64,000 nucleotides of DNA from assembly GCA_963795855.1 (NCBI GenBank), contig CAWCIZ010000004.1, positions 1 to 64,000 of the forward strand. The letters are read 5' to 3'. Of this stretch, positions 19,650-30,090 are shown piece after piece; within the stretch, counting starts at the first letter, position 1; every line of letters begins with the position of its first letter. The notes beneath the pieces were generated by a model that saw only the letters and a program-made list of their open reading frames with translations, made no database searches and had not been told where the DNA came from. A program made the translations under genes and the position numbers. The DNA is from Vulcanimicrobiota bacterium (GTDB lineage: Bacteria; Vulcanimicrobiota; Vulcanimicrobiia; Vulcanimicrobiales; Vulcanimicrobiaceae).

Positions 19650-19963
19650 GAGTCGGAAGATTTCTTGGGGATCACGTCGGTCTCCCGAGCAAACCAGGCC
19701 GCGGCTTTTGACAAGATTTCATTCTCGATCGTGAGTCGCTTGTTTTCACGTCGAAGTTTCGAGAGTTCTGCTCGTTCTTCGCTGGTCAATCCGTCGGTGC
19801 GCTTGCCAGTATCGAGATCGACCTGCTTTTCCCAATTGCGAATCGTTTGTGGTGCAAGCTCGAATTCGGCGGCCAACTCATCTATGCGGCGACCGGTACG
19901 CAGCAGTTCAAGAACTTTATGCCGGAAGTCCGGCGGGTAGGAGTGCGGACGCTTTTTGCCCAT
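19646..19963 (-). CDS. IS3 transposase OrfA
   Basis: YPPDFRH...LAAEFEL..QTIRNW HTH; LRRENKRL..ENEILSKAAAWFA. Confidence 0.92.
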   Translation of the reverse strand: MGKKRPHSYPPDFRHKVLELLRTGRRIDELAAEFELAPQTIRNWEKQVDLDTGKRTDGLTSEERAELSKLRRENKRLTIENEILSKAAAWFARETDVIPKKSSDS

Positions 19964-20017
19964 TGGTGGACCCTTCTCCGCCAAAGCGGAAGTGTCCACG
20001 AGAGCCGGGCAACTTCA

Positions 20018-21325
20018 CTTGGCATTGGATATCACTTTTATAGTGGGTCCTATTTAGAGGCCATCGATGAGGTCCTCGATACAACGAAAAAAACGATCAT
20101 CCACATCCCCAACGTTAACTCCGCGGAAACGCCGATGGAAAAGACCCGCCAAGTCGATACCATGCTCGAAAAAATGGCTGGCGGCGACTCGAGTTTTGTT
20201 GAACGCAACGCTACCACGGGCTTCTATCACGTTACTTGCCCGGACGGCCGCCTACTAAAAGTAGCAGATCTCGTCGACGATAGCCCTTATCGCGAACAGG
20301 TGCTCGAAAGTTTGCGCAGCGTTGAGCATCGCGAGGACTTGGACCTGATCATTGCGTTAGGTATGGCGAAGGAAGGCTTCGATTGGGTGTGGTGTGAGCA
20401 TGTCCTGACGGTAGGCTATCGCAACTCGATGACCGAGGTGATCCAAATAATCGGTCGAGCGACGCGCGACGCCGAGGGCAAAACGCATGCACAGTTTACG
20501 AATCTCGTCGCAGAACCGGTCGATGACCGCGCCGTTGTGGTAGACGCCGTCAATAACATGCTGAAGGCGATCTCGTGTGCGTTAATTATGGAGCAAGTAC
20601 TTGCGCCAAACTTTAACTTTCAAACTCGAACGCCCGATGCTGCCCCTGAAGTCCCCGGCCCGGGCGTTCCGATCGAGATTCGTGGCTTGCAGGAGCCGTC
20701 AACCGACCGGGTGCGCGATATCGTACAAGATCAGCTCGATGAGTTAAAGGTACACGTCCTAAATGATCCGCATATCCAAACGGCGATTATCCATCCTGAC
20801 GCGTTTACGCCGGCGGAAATTAATACGGTGCTTATTCCGCGTGTTATCGAACGCACGTATCCGGAGCTAACAGACGAGGAAGCGAATCAAGTCAGGCATG
20901 CACTTTTGCTTGACATTAATTTCAAGAACGCGGTCGCGCCGGATCCATCTGCTCCAGGGACCGCTACAGCAGATGAAATTGAAACGCGGCGCGAAGGTGA
21001 AAATGTTCTCATCAAGCTCGCAAAAAGATTTGTCAACCTCGACGAGCTGTCCATTGACCTGATCGACAGCATTAACCCCTTCGAACACGCCTACGAAATC
21101 TTGGCGAAACATCTTGATGAGCGCGTGCTGCGCACAATTCACAGCACCGTAGTCGCCGGCCGGTTACCCATGAGTGATGAAGAAGCGGCGCAGTTGTGGC
21201 CGTCCATAAAGGCATTCGTTTTCAGCCGCGAGCGGGAGCCGAACCTCAACGCACAAGATCCAAGGGAGCAGCGCCTCGCGCATGGTCTCGCGATCATCCG
21301 CGCTGCCAGGAGGGCAGCTGAACGT
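20018..21325 (+). pseudogene. YeeB-like SF2 helicase, C-terminal remnant (N-terminus lost at the IS)
   Basis: KKTIIHIPNVNS, IIALGMAKEGFDW, QIIGRATRD; no Walker A present. Confidence 0.8.
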
Positions 21326-22564
21326 ATGAAGGACAGAAGCTCGCCCTTTGCGGCAATTTTTGCGGAGGACGATGAACTCGGATTGCTCGCTAGTAAGCGT
21401 TCCGCTCCCGGTTCTTCGACCGAAGACGAGATAACCGTTGCGCAGTTTGAAGCGATTAATGCTTTCGTCGACGAGAATGGGATTCTCCCGGGTTCGACCG
21501 ATGGTGGGCGGGAACCAGGCCTGAACGAGTATACTCTCGAGGCGTATCTCGATGCATTCCGCAACGGCATTGCGTACCATAGTCTTCTGGCCCCACACGA
21601 TCGCCATGGATTGCTCACGAAATCCGGCGCTAACCGGATGCCGGCTACCCTGTCCGAAATCATCGCGTCGAACGATCCGCTCCTCGAATCCGCCGAGCAG
21701 ATTTTTGCATTGCATCATGTTGCCGCTGCAAGCTCCTCGAAACTGAAGCCAGACGAAATCGCTAAACGGCGACCGTGCGAGCATTTCGAGCAGTACGCCC
21801 CGATTTTTGCGATGTTGAACGCGGAGCTCGCGAGCGGTCTGCGCATTACGAAACGTTTCGAACGCGAAGGGAGTATTGTTCCCGGCGCTGCCTTTATCCT
21901 GAATGGAATCATCGCGTATGTAGCGGACGTAAGCAGCCCGCAGCGGCGTGGCAAAGAAACCGACGCGCGTACCCGAGTTATCTTCGACAACGGAATGGAA
22001 AGTAATCATCTTCTGCGCTCGTTCGCGCGAGTGTTGTACGAAGATGATAACGGCAGACAAATAATCGAGGCGGCGCCGTCCGTCGCTGGACCGTTGTTTA
22101 CCGGCGCTGATCCTGTGGGTGGCCCTCTTTTTACAGGGGAGGCGCAACGTGGCAGTCCGGAAGATCGCTATACCGGCAACATCTACGTCGTCGAAAGCCT
22201 ATCCACTGAACCCAGTATTGCAGCGCTCCGCGGCCGTCTTTTCAAAATTGGCTTTACTACGCAACAAGTTGAAAAACGGCTTGCGACCGTTCAAGTCGAT
22301 CCGACGTTCTTGCTCGCTCCCGTCCGCATCGTAACTGTATTTGAAACGGTGAACCTCAATCCGAAAAAACTCGAGCAGCTGATTCACCATTTCTTTGGCC
22401 ATGCGCAGCTTCAAGTTGATGTGTTACTCGGTCGTAAGGTGACCCCGCGGGAGTGGTTTGTTGTTCCTATCGAACTGGTGCGCGAAGCCATAAATCGCAT
22501 ACTCGATGGAACAATCCTGAACTATCGCTATGACCATATCAGCCGCAAGATTGTGCCGCGCTAA
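21326..22564 (+). CDS. YeeC-like GIY-YIG/T5orf172 protein (in frame with the upstream helicase remnant)
   Basis: DDELGLL N-terminus, R.RVIFDNGMES, GNIYVV...FKIGFT...VEKRL, P.KLE.LIH.FF, PREWF; own AGGAGG RBS. Confidence 0.85.
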   Translation: MKDRSSPFAAIFAEDDELGLLASKRSAPGSSTEDEITVAQFEAINAFVDENGILPGSTDGGREPGLNEYTLEAYLDAFRNGIAYHSLLAPHDRHGLLTKSGANRMPATLSEIIASNDPLLESAEQIFALHHVAAASSSKLKPDEIAKRRPCEHFEQYAPIFAMLNAELASGLRITKRFEREGSIVPGAAFILNGIIAYVADVSSPQRRGKETDARTRVIFDNGMESNHLLRSFARVLYEDDNGRQIIEAAPSVAGPLFTGADPVGGPLFTGEAQRGSPEDRYTGNIYVVESLSTEPSIAALRGRLFKIGFTTQQVEKRLATVQVDPTFLLAPVRIVTVFETVNLNPKKLEQLIHHFFGHAQLQVDVLLGRKVTPREWFVVPIELVREAINRILDGTILNYRYDHISRKIVPR

Positions 22565-22585
22565 CCCGCTTCAGAGAGCAAAACT

Positions 22586-22810
22586 ATGAGAACGTTCAGC
22601 AAACGCAGAGAACCCGAAGTTGGCGCGACAGGTGGCGCTCATAAAAAAGCCACATACACGCTTCCGCCGGACGTGTTGAGCGCGATCGAAGAACACTGGC
22701 GGTTCCATCAAACGCTCGCCTCGCGGCTAGCGGATAGTAAAAGCGAGTACGTAGCCGATCTAATTCGCCGAGATGCAGCCGAAAAGGTACGAACGGGAAG
22801 AAAACGCTAG
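22586..22810 (+). CDS. small ribbon-helix-helix-like protein
   Basis: KATYTLPPDVLSAIE...SKSEYVADLIRR strand-helix-helix pattern. Confidence 0.5.
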   Translation: MRTFSKRREPEVGATGGAHKKATYTLPPDVLSAIEEHWRFHQTLASRLADSKSEYVADLIRRDAAEKVRTGRKR

Positions 22811-22826
22811 GGCGAAGGGACGCAAA

Positions 22827-23276
22827 GTGGACTCAAATTTCGCTCTCTTAATCGTTTTCGGCGATCTCGCGGTTGGTACAAAGAAACTTGCGGCAAGCAC
22901 AATCTACAAATATCTTACAGATGGGCGGGTGTGGTTTGTGGCCCGGAAACCGAGCTTTGCAGAAGCAGGGATGCCAATAGTATTTTACCAGAGCGGCATG
23001 GGCTTCCGAGGGACAGCCGTCCTAGAATCGATTACACCGGCCACCGATAACGATATTAAGAAATACTCAATGGTTCCACTATCGATGTACCGATTTAAAG
23101 TGACACTCCGCGATTTCGAAATGTTTACTTCGCCGGAAGATGCGCGGCCGCTTCTTAAAGCGCTTTCGTTCGTTGCAAACAAGGTGTATTGGGGGCACTC
23201 CTTTCGGATATCGCCGCGTCGGATACCGATGAGCGATTATCGGATGATTGTGGATGCGGTGCAACAAAGTGTTTGA
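22827..23276 (+). CDS. EVE/PUA-like domain protein
   Basis: G.PIVFYQSG.GF.G.A...L.FV.NK.YWG..FR..PR.IP..DY..I. Confidence 0.65.
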   Translation: MDSNFALLIVFGDLAVGTKKLAASTIYKYLTDGRVWFVARKPSFAEAGMPIVFYQSGMGFRGTAVLESITPATDNDIKKYSMVPLSMYRFKVTLRDFEMFTSPEDARPLLKALSFVANKVYWGHSFRISPRRIPMSDYRMIVDAVQQSV

Positions 23277-23290
23277 CGTGGGCGTGTCTT

Positions 23291-23986
23291 TTAAGCCGCA
23301 CGCCCCCGCACCGCCTTAATAATTCGATCGAATCCCGGAACGTTGTTCCGTGTCACATAACCTGACTGGGCGGAATTGGCTCGCAAGTAATCATACTCTG
23401 CAAGCTGTGGAACCGCTTTGCGAAGGGCCGATTCCGAGCGCATAAGCAAAATTTCTGCACCTCGCTCCATCGCCGACCGAAGGTGCTCGATGACAAATTT
23501 CTGGGATGGAACGGTGCAGAGCATTTTATAGCTTTTTGAGTGATACGGAAAATAGTCCATCACTAACAAGTTGTTTGCCAGCTGCCCTTGATCGCAATAG
23601 TTTAGGAGTTCCCTCAGGTGGCGATTCCAATACTCACCCCCAGGACTGTTCCGAAATGCAGGATCGAGAAAGAAGAAAGGGTAGCGCAGTGGACGCTGGG
23701 CGAAGTTATTCCGGTACGCATCTTGTAACGCGATGCTGTTTGCGTGCCACCAATCATCGTTGAAGGTTCCGTTTGTTGCCGGCGGCGTGTAGCCGGGATT
23801 GAGATAAATCATCACAAAAGGCGCGTTCAAATCGCCGATAAAGGGGTCCGGCAATAATTGCAGCTGATACCCATATTCACGGCGCTCCACTTCGTTTAGG
23901 CTCGCATTTGCCGCGAGCACCGCGTCACGGTCTTCTGGCAGCACGTACGGTGGCTGCTTTGGTAATCTCGTCCAGGGATTTTCCAT
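23291..23986 (-). CDS. hypothetical protein, possible UDG-like fold
   Basis: LPDPFIGDLNAPFVMIYLNPG and FPYHS motifs. Confidence 0.5.
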   Translation of the reverse strand: MENPWTRLPKQPPYVLPEDRDAVLAANASLNEVERREYGYQLQLLPDPFIGDLNAPFVMIYLNPGYTPPATNGTFNDDWWHANSIALQDAYRNNFAQRPLRYPFFFLDPAFRNSPGGEYWNRHLRELLNYCDQGQLANNLLVMDYFPYHSKSYKMLCTVPSQKFVIEHLRSAMERGAEILLMRSESALRKAVPQLAEYDYLRANSAQSGYVTRNNVPGFDRIIKAVRGRAA

Positions 23987-24494
23987 GCTCCCTCCGCTGG
24001 AAGCGCGTGGACCTTGAACATACTGCGGTCGCAGCAAAAACGCAAACTTTTTCAAGAATTGAATTGCGTGTTCGCAAATCCGAAATACGAGATGTAAAAA
24101 TGCATATTAAGCCGTCTACGTATATGTAACAAATGTGGTTGCTAGGTCGCCCAATTTTGGCGTTTCAACAGAAGGTACGCATGGGCCCATGCGCCGTAAT
24201 TGACGAGCGCGCCTTGAAGCAACGGCCCCTCGTCCGAATGCATGAGGAACCACATCGTGTCGAGGTCAAATATGTCCATCGCACTCTTTAGTGCCCGCAC
24301 ATATAGCGAAGAGGACATATCGCTAGCAGGTGGATGGTGCTGGTGCAATCACCTCCTTGAGTACGCCTTCACGATAAAGCCAAGGGGAGACGAGGATGGG
24401 GCGGTCCAATCCTTGCAGCTGATGGAAAACGCATGCCAAGGGAGTCGCCGGCGAAAAGATGCACCCCCATGGGTGAGGCCCCTTTTGTGAATTC

Positions 24495-24800
24495 GAGGTG
24501 CCCCTTTCGATATCTAAGAAGTCGGGCGTATATGTATTCAGGATCGCTGAGCAGATTATGTACGTAGGCAAAAGCGGCAAAAAACCGCGGGCTACGCAAA
24601 CGCCTCCTCGAATATCACCGTATCTGCGGTCGGCAATCTTTCATGGGCGGACCGCGAACAACATGCTACGTTAACGCGCAGATTATAAGCACGCGAGCAG
24701 CGGCGATCAAATAAATGTTTACATCCTAAAGACTAGTGAATTCGAGGCGATCGAGCGCGAAATGATTCATGGCTTCTGCCATCCGCCATGGAACTTGGAC
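24495..24800 (+). pseudogene. GIY-YIG nuclease, frameshifted (missed by the ORF track)
   Basis: SGVYVFRIAEQIMYVGKSG; after a shift GLRKRLLEY; then IEREMI...PPWN. Confidence 0.65.
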
Positions 24801-24920
24801 TGGTGCGAGACTTGTGGGTTCAAAAACAAGACAGGCTTGGTCTATCCTGCCGCCACCCGGCTCGCATCCAAAAGTGCAAAAAGCGATTTGAGAGTCTGCC
24901 GGACAAGATTTCTGGCATGA

Positions 24921-26988
24921 CTAATTATTTACGAGCCCCGATTTCCAAAATAAGGCAGGTGGTACACGATAATACCGGTCCGTTACCTTTTCGTAGTACT
25001 CAGCTGATGCTTCGCCTTTTGCTGGATCGTATCCGATAATCAAGCGCTTCTTGATTTGCGGGCCGCCAGCGTGTGAAATCCCATGCAAAAAAGTATCTCT
25101 TGAGCCGATGGAATCGTGATTCGCATTCAGAACCACCGTTATAGCCCAGGCACCATCCCCGCCGGTAACCGTGAAGTCGGTCGGTCGAGCATTCGCCGTA
25201 GGAATGCGCTCTCGGATCGTTTCTGCGAGTTCGTCGCGCGAATCAGTTCCCAGCGCCAGGAGATCACAAACTGCGTGTGACCAGTTCGGCTGCCCGCGGT
25301 GTGCGAGGCCCCTGATCAAGTCCTGAAGTTCTGTCGGAACAGCCTGGTGCGGCGGATCTGCACTTGTGCGGCGTACATAATGGTCGTCCAGCACGTCGGT
25401 GTATCCGCTCGGAACAAGCGTCGTAATATCTTCCTCATCGACCGGCCATAAGTCATTATGCGTAAGATACAAGCCTAACAGGTCGATCTCGTCAAACGTT
25501 AGGATCCGTTCATCGGTGAGCGAGCTTAAACGCATGCGCATGTACTGCCGAAACTGTCCGGGAAGATTCAGCGCGTCGCCGATGATCATGAGATCCGTCA
25601 AGGAGATCACCCACGTTGGTTCTCCTGTCATATAGCCGTGTCTCTGCATCGCGGCTGCTGCCGTGCCCAGTACGCCCACGGTATCCAACGTCACGACCAG
25701 CCGCATCAGCTCGCGGATTTTCCCCGCCAAAGTAAGTGCTACCGTTCCGTGCTCGTCCTCGAACGTACGGCCACCCTGCGCTATGTATGCTTGTGTGCGC
25801 AGAGACTGATTGTGTCCTTCGGTAATGATGTCAGCCACATTCGCATCCAACCTCCCCGCGCCACCACGTAGCGCCGGCGGAGTAAACGCGCCAGCCTTCC
25901 CCTCGATAATAAAGACGGCGTCGTCCGCCTTACGTACGACGTCGCCTTCAACGCGTTCGCCTTCGGATGTATAATAGGCGCCGATTACACCATAACCGCC
26001 CGGCATCAATTGGTTGAGAATACGGTCTGACTCTTGTTCGACCCATTTGCCACGATGTGCTACATACGTGTGCCAGAAACCGTGGGCAGCTCGACGCGGT
26101 AACGTCCGGATTGATGAGGTCCTCGATACCGCCCTGCATGGACGGAAATAACAGGTCCAGGTTGGGGACGAAATAGCGGCCATCGCCAATCGCTAGAATT
26201 GGCTTCTGTCTAAGGATGCTGAACGGTGAGGGCAAGAGCGCGTGCTGATCCGCCTCGCCGCGTCGCAGCGCAAACGCGCCCAGGATTCGTTCCACGTTTG
26301 CAAGAGCGCGCCCGGCGCCGGCCGCAAGTCGATCGGCGGTGAACGAGAAATATTCGCCGAGCATCGCAAAGTGAAGATCAACGTCCTCCTGGTTGTTGAT
26401 TGACTTGGCGTCATTTCTGAAACGGGTGAAGTCGTCAGTACGCATCCGATACAGTGCCGAGAAGCACGCAATAACGTCTTCGATTTCGAAGCCACAACCA
26501 TTAATGAGCTGCGCAGTGTATGTACCAAACAGACCGCGCAGAATTTGCTCCTGATGTACCTGGTAGGCAGGCACACGCATCCGAAGACCCGTCAGCCGCA
26601 GGCGATGAATCAGCTCAGCACGATCGTGAGCGTCCGTCGCGAGACGTTGCTCAGTGAAGTAGTAGCCCTCTATGTTGAAAAACAGGGCGCCAATGCGGTC
26701 GAAGATGTCTTCGACAACTGCGCCGGTTACCGGATTCGTGAATTCCGCATCCGCTTGTTCACGCCAATACACAAGTGCTGCGTACTCGGCAAAGGGCATC
26801 TCGTACGAGCCCGATCCGATGTATCTGGTGGCTGCCTTTGCTACGAGGTTACCAAGCATTGGAAGCGCCGCATAGCGTAGCAACTCGGCCTGTAATTCGT
26901 CGGCTGCTGCGTCGACTTGCTCGCGTGTAACGGGCGGGAAGATCTGCTCTACAATGTCGGTATCTTCATCCGTGGACATAGCATCCAC
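24921..26988 (-). CDS. NERD/PD-(D/E)XK nuclease-domain protein split by a frameshift near 26100
   Basis: Overlapping ORFs 25948..26988 and 24921..26189; RGKWVE...EGDVV...FIIEGK; FDEIDLLGLYL. Confidence 0.6.
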
Positions 26989-27091
26989 AACAGCCGCGTG
27001 GTGCGCAGCGTTGCTTCAGAAAGGCTTGTTCGGTCGACCGCGTCCCTCTCTCCCGTTTATTCACAAGGATACTGGCGCTTACTTTTCACCA

Positions 27092-27117
27092 AAGGGGCAC
27101 GCAGCAACGTGCCCCTT
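27092..27117. terminator. GC-rich hairpin downstream of the small peptide ORF
   Basis: AAGGGGCACG/CGTGCCCCTT perfect 10-bp stem; weak U-tract. Confidence 0.45.
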
Positions 27118-27130
27118 CAGATCTCGTACT

Positions 27131-27295
27131 CTATTTGTTTGCCTCGCTCGCAACCGGCGGTTCTTCGGGCTTACAGGTGACGGTGATGCGGTTACCGATG
27201 GAAATGTCGCCGATGCTAACAAGCGTGACGTGCTTTTGGAGCAGACGTACCGCGATGATCATTACGAGCGAGAGGAGGAAGGTTGCGGACACCAC
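27131..27295 (-). CDS. 54-aa peptide with one hydrophobic segment (not in the ORF track)
   Basis: AAGGAGG RBS 8 nt before GTG; VVSATFLLSLVMIIAVRLLQKH... Confidence 0.55.
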   Translation of the reverse strand: MVSATFLLSLVMIIAVRLLQKHVTLVSIGDISIGNRITVTCKPEEPPVASEANK

Positions 27296-27460
27296 GATTG
27301 GTGCCTCCTTGAATAAAACGAACGAACGTCGAAGGTCTGAGGTTCGTCCCTGATGTCCCGAGGCTATCGGGACGATCTTACTACCGTCGATGAAATCGAC
27401 GGCGGCTCGCGCGTAAACGGGTGAGCCCTTACAGGTAGTGTACCATGCTGACGCAAGCCG

Positions 27461-28426
27461 CTACGAGCGGCGGTTGAAGCGTAACGGTGGTTCCCCCGGC
27501 TGCTGAATAACGATGGTCTCGTAGCGGGCGTCCGTAATCGTGCCAATGAGGCGATTGGCGATGGGCTCCAGACCGCCGCGGGCATCAAAGTGAAGGTCGA
27601 CATCGAGCAACAGCCAGAGTGGCGTGCAAGTTGCGGGATAGCGCTCCGCCTTCTGAATCTTTTTCTGGAGGCGTTCGAGGAGCGTTCGTTCGAGCATGTG
27701 ACGTCGGCCATGAAATGCCGGCAGCTCAATGGGGCGCGCCGTCTGCGCGTTGCACGGTTTGTACCGCACCCACGCCTTGAGCGCACGGAGCAGCGGAAAC
27801 TGCTGCGCTTGGACCGTGTGCGCCGGCGTATCGCCATCGATTGTATGGGACAGCGCGACGATTTCCGCGGCGAGTGCTTGGGACGTAAAAGTGCGGTCGA
27901 GGTCGTCATCCGTCAGGCGATCCAAACGGATGACGAACATTCCGCCCTCGAAGACTGCTCGAAGGCGCGCATCGTTGGCTGTTGCGGCATCGGCGAGAAT
28001 GTTTGCGTCGTCGATGGCCAGGGAGAAGCGCGTAGCCGCCGGGTCCATCACCATCGCTTGTTCGATGAACAGCTTGCGGCCATCGCGGAAGAGCACTGTA
28101 ATATCGGGTGCGTCGCCGCGCACGATGTTTTGGACCTCGCTCGCGAGCCCGAGATCAACCAGCATTGCAGCAGTAGCGCGGGCTTCTACGAAACTTGTGG
28201 CATACCAAGCGGAGCCGGGCTTTCGGAGCTCCGCCTTGCGGGCGCCGAGAGGAATGCCGTCGATGACCACATCGTCGATTCGGCGATCCCGCTCGACATC
28301 GGTCATCCGCATACCGATGGCCCCGACCGCGCTTGTAAACATTTCGCGAATTTCGTCGCCAGTGTGTTCCGTGAAATGCTTAGGTGTACGGGCCACAGAG
28401 CTGAACCGTTCGATGCGTCGGACCAT
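27461..28426 (-). CDS. hypothetical protein, PD-(D/E)XK-like
   Basis: FVE...GDAPDI...LFIEQ; KKIQKAERY...LWLLL. Confidence 0.5.
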   Translation of the reverse strand: MVRRIERFSSVARTPKHFTEHTGDEIREMFTSAVGAIGMRMTDVERDRRIDDVVIDGIPLGARKAELRKPGSAWYATSFVEARATAAMLVDLGLASEVQNIVRGDAPDITVLFRDGRKLFIEQAMVMDPAATRFSLAIDDANILADAATANDARLRAVFEGGMFVIRLDRLTDDDLDRTFTSQALAAEIVALSHTIDGDTPAHTVQAQQFPLLRALKAWVRYKPCNAQTARPIELPAFHGRRHMLERTLLERLQKKIQKAERYPATCTPLWLLLDVDLHFDARGGLEPIANRLIGTITDARYETIVIQQPGEPPLRFNRRS

Positions 28427-28553
28427 AGGCCCGCTGCAACAGCGCCAAGACCCATGGGGCTTTACTTAATTAGTCGATTTGACAGCGCGTTGCTTAGTGA
28501 ACGAGTGTTTCATGGCGCTCCGAGTAAAAAAGCATTACAGCATTGACGCAGTA

Positions 28554-28628
28554 TTAGATACGGGCGCAACTGGGCGAGGTTGGATACGGATCGGCCCTTT
28601 TAGATACAGATCAAGCGTGTTTAGATAC
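28554..28628 (+). repeat. four direct repeats of TT(A/G)GATAC
   Basis: Copies start at 28554, 28580, 28600 and 28621. Confidence 0.7.
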
Positions 28629-28851
28629 AGCAAGGCAAGCGGGCCGAGCCATCGTCCCAATGCGGACACAAAACATCGAGAACGCCTAGCTGACTAGCCC
28701 CAAACTGCGACGCGCCACGTGCCGAGCACGATACTCGTCCACTACATCTGCCATGGCAGTTTATGAACGATAGCGCTTTCCCGAATATTCCCTAGCGGCG
28801 TTGTGCAACGAATTGCGCTTGCCGCGTGTCATGCTTACATAACCAACCGAC

Positions 28852-30090
28852 ATGATTTCACTGCCACGACTAATCATCGACAAATCTGCGCTTCAGATGT
28901 TGCGCGCGGACCTTATTGACGAGCTTACTAAGTGGCTCACGCCGGTTCTGACGCCGACGCTGCTGCGCGAGATCATCGGCAACCTCAGTAAAGAGCACAC
29001 GCCCCGGAAGGGCAAAATGCCGCCGCAGGACGTACTACGAGCGCTCGCGCGCAAACTCAAGAGTAGCGGCGCGGCGATTCCCGTCAGCTTTACGAAGCTC
29101 GCCCTCAACGACATTCTCGGTGATACGATCGAGATGAATGGCTTTTCCGTTCCTGTGGATTCCACTGCGGGGAACGTGCACGCAAAGGGCGGCATGCTGA
29201 TGGTCGATGGAACGCTTCAGCAACAGATGTTCGCGCGGTGGGAGGCCGGCGACTTTTCCGATGGTGATCGGGTCATGGCGCATGCGTGGCGAAGCGGCGT
29301 GGCTCAAGTGGACTACGCTCAAATCAGTAAGCATGCCAAGACGTTCGTCGCGAAATACGCAGACGGTGCCAAGGCGATTGAGAACGTGATTGCCGCCGTC
29401 GATGTCGCGTTGTGCGATCCTGATATGGACACCCAGCTGTATCTTATGGCGCTTCTTCTTGCGCTGCTGAAAGGACGCCCCACCGACGCAGGAGTGTTCG
29501 GTCAAACGTTCTTAACAAGCCCCGGCACAACGCTGCGCACTTTCGCGCCATATGCGAGCGGCGTATTGCGCGTTTATCTCGTCTTCGCGGCCTGCGTTCG
29601 GCTCGGAATCGTGAAGCGTGACGCAAACAGCGTCGCCGATCTACAGTATCTCTTTTACACACCGTTTGCTACGGGCTTTGTATCGAACGACGCGTTGCAC
29701 CAGCGGTTGTTTCCTGCAGCTGCGGGAAAGGCTGCGTTTATCAAAGGCGACGCATTGAAAGCGGATTTACAGCAACGCAAAGCATGGCGTGACTCGCTGA
29801 GCTTCGATGAGTGGTCTGCGCACCGCGCTCAGTACGGCATTTACCCGAAAGAATTTCCAAATTCGCCTATCAACGATATTTGGGCGCGGACGTTGGCACC
29901 GGGATTTGAAGCACCGAGGCCGATTGAGCGGACAGAGCCGGAACGATTGAACAGTATTAACAACGATCCGCAGTTCCGACACATGGTTGAAGCGATGCGG
30001 CAATTGCAAGAAGAGTCACGCGCTCGAAAACGCCCTGAGACCACTGCTTGGCCCTTCGGTGCTGTCCCGGAGGATCCAACGCCGATGTAG
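28852..30090 (+). CDS. hypothetical protein, possible PIN-like nuclease fold
   Basis: LIIDKSALQ N-terminal Asp, LLREI, ADLQYLFY..F..GFVSND. Confidence 0.55.
   Translation: MISLPRLIIDKSALQMLRADLIDELTKWLTPVLTPTLLREIIGNLSKEHTPRKGKMPPQDVLRALARKLKSSGAAIPVSFTKLALNDILGDTIEMNGFSVPVDSTAGNVHAKGGMLMVDGTLQQQMFARWEAGDFSDGDRVMAHAWRSGVAQVDYAQISKHAKTFVAKYADGAKAIENVIAAVDVALCDPDMDTQLYLMALLLALLKGRPTDAGVFGQTFLTSPGTTLRTFAPYASGVLRVYLVFAACVRLGIVKRDANSVADLQYLFYTPFATGFVSNDALHQRLFPAAAGKAAFIKGDALKADLQQRKAWRDSLSFDEWSAHRAQYGIYPKEFPNSPINDIWARTLAPGFEAPRPIERTEPERLNSINNDPQFRHMVEAMRQLQEESRARKRPETTAWPFGAVPEDPTPM

Larger units (their letters stand above)
18767..20017 (-). mobile_element. IS3-family insertion sequence
   Basis: Perfect 23-bp terminal inverted repeats TGAAGTTGCCCGGCTCTCGTGGA; orfA/orfB; flanks CAT/CTT give no exact target duplication. 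Confidence 0.95.

Noticed and set aside
19847..20017. N-terminus of the 905-aa ORF
   Set aside because: It is antisense read-through of IS3 sequence, not part of the helicase
27349..27402. Hammerhead ribozyme (CTGATG...GAAA)
   Set aside because: The core lacks CUGANGA, and GAAA sits in a hairpin loop rather than after stem II
27590..28546. 318-aa and 246-aa plus-strand ORFs
   Set aside because: Antisense shadows of the minus-strand gene 27461..28426
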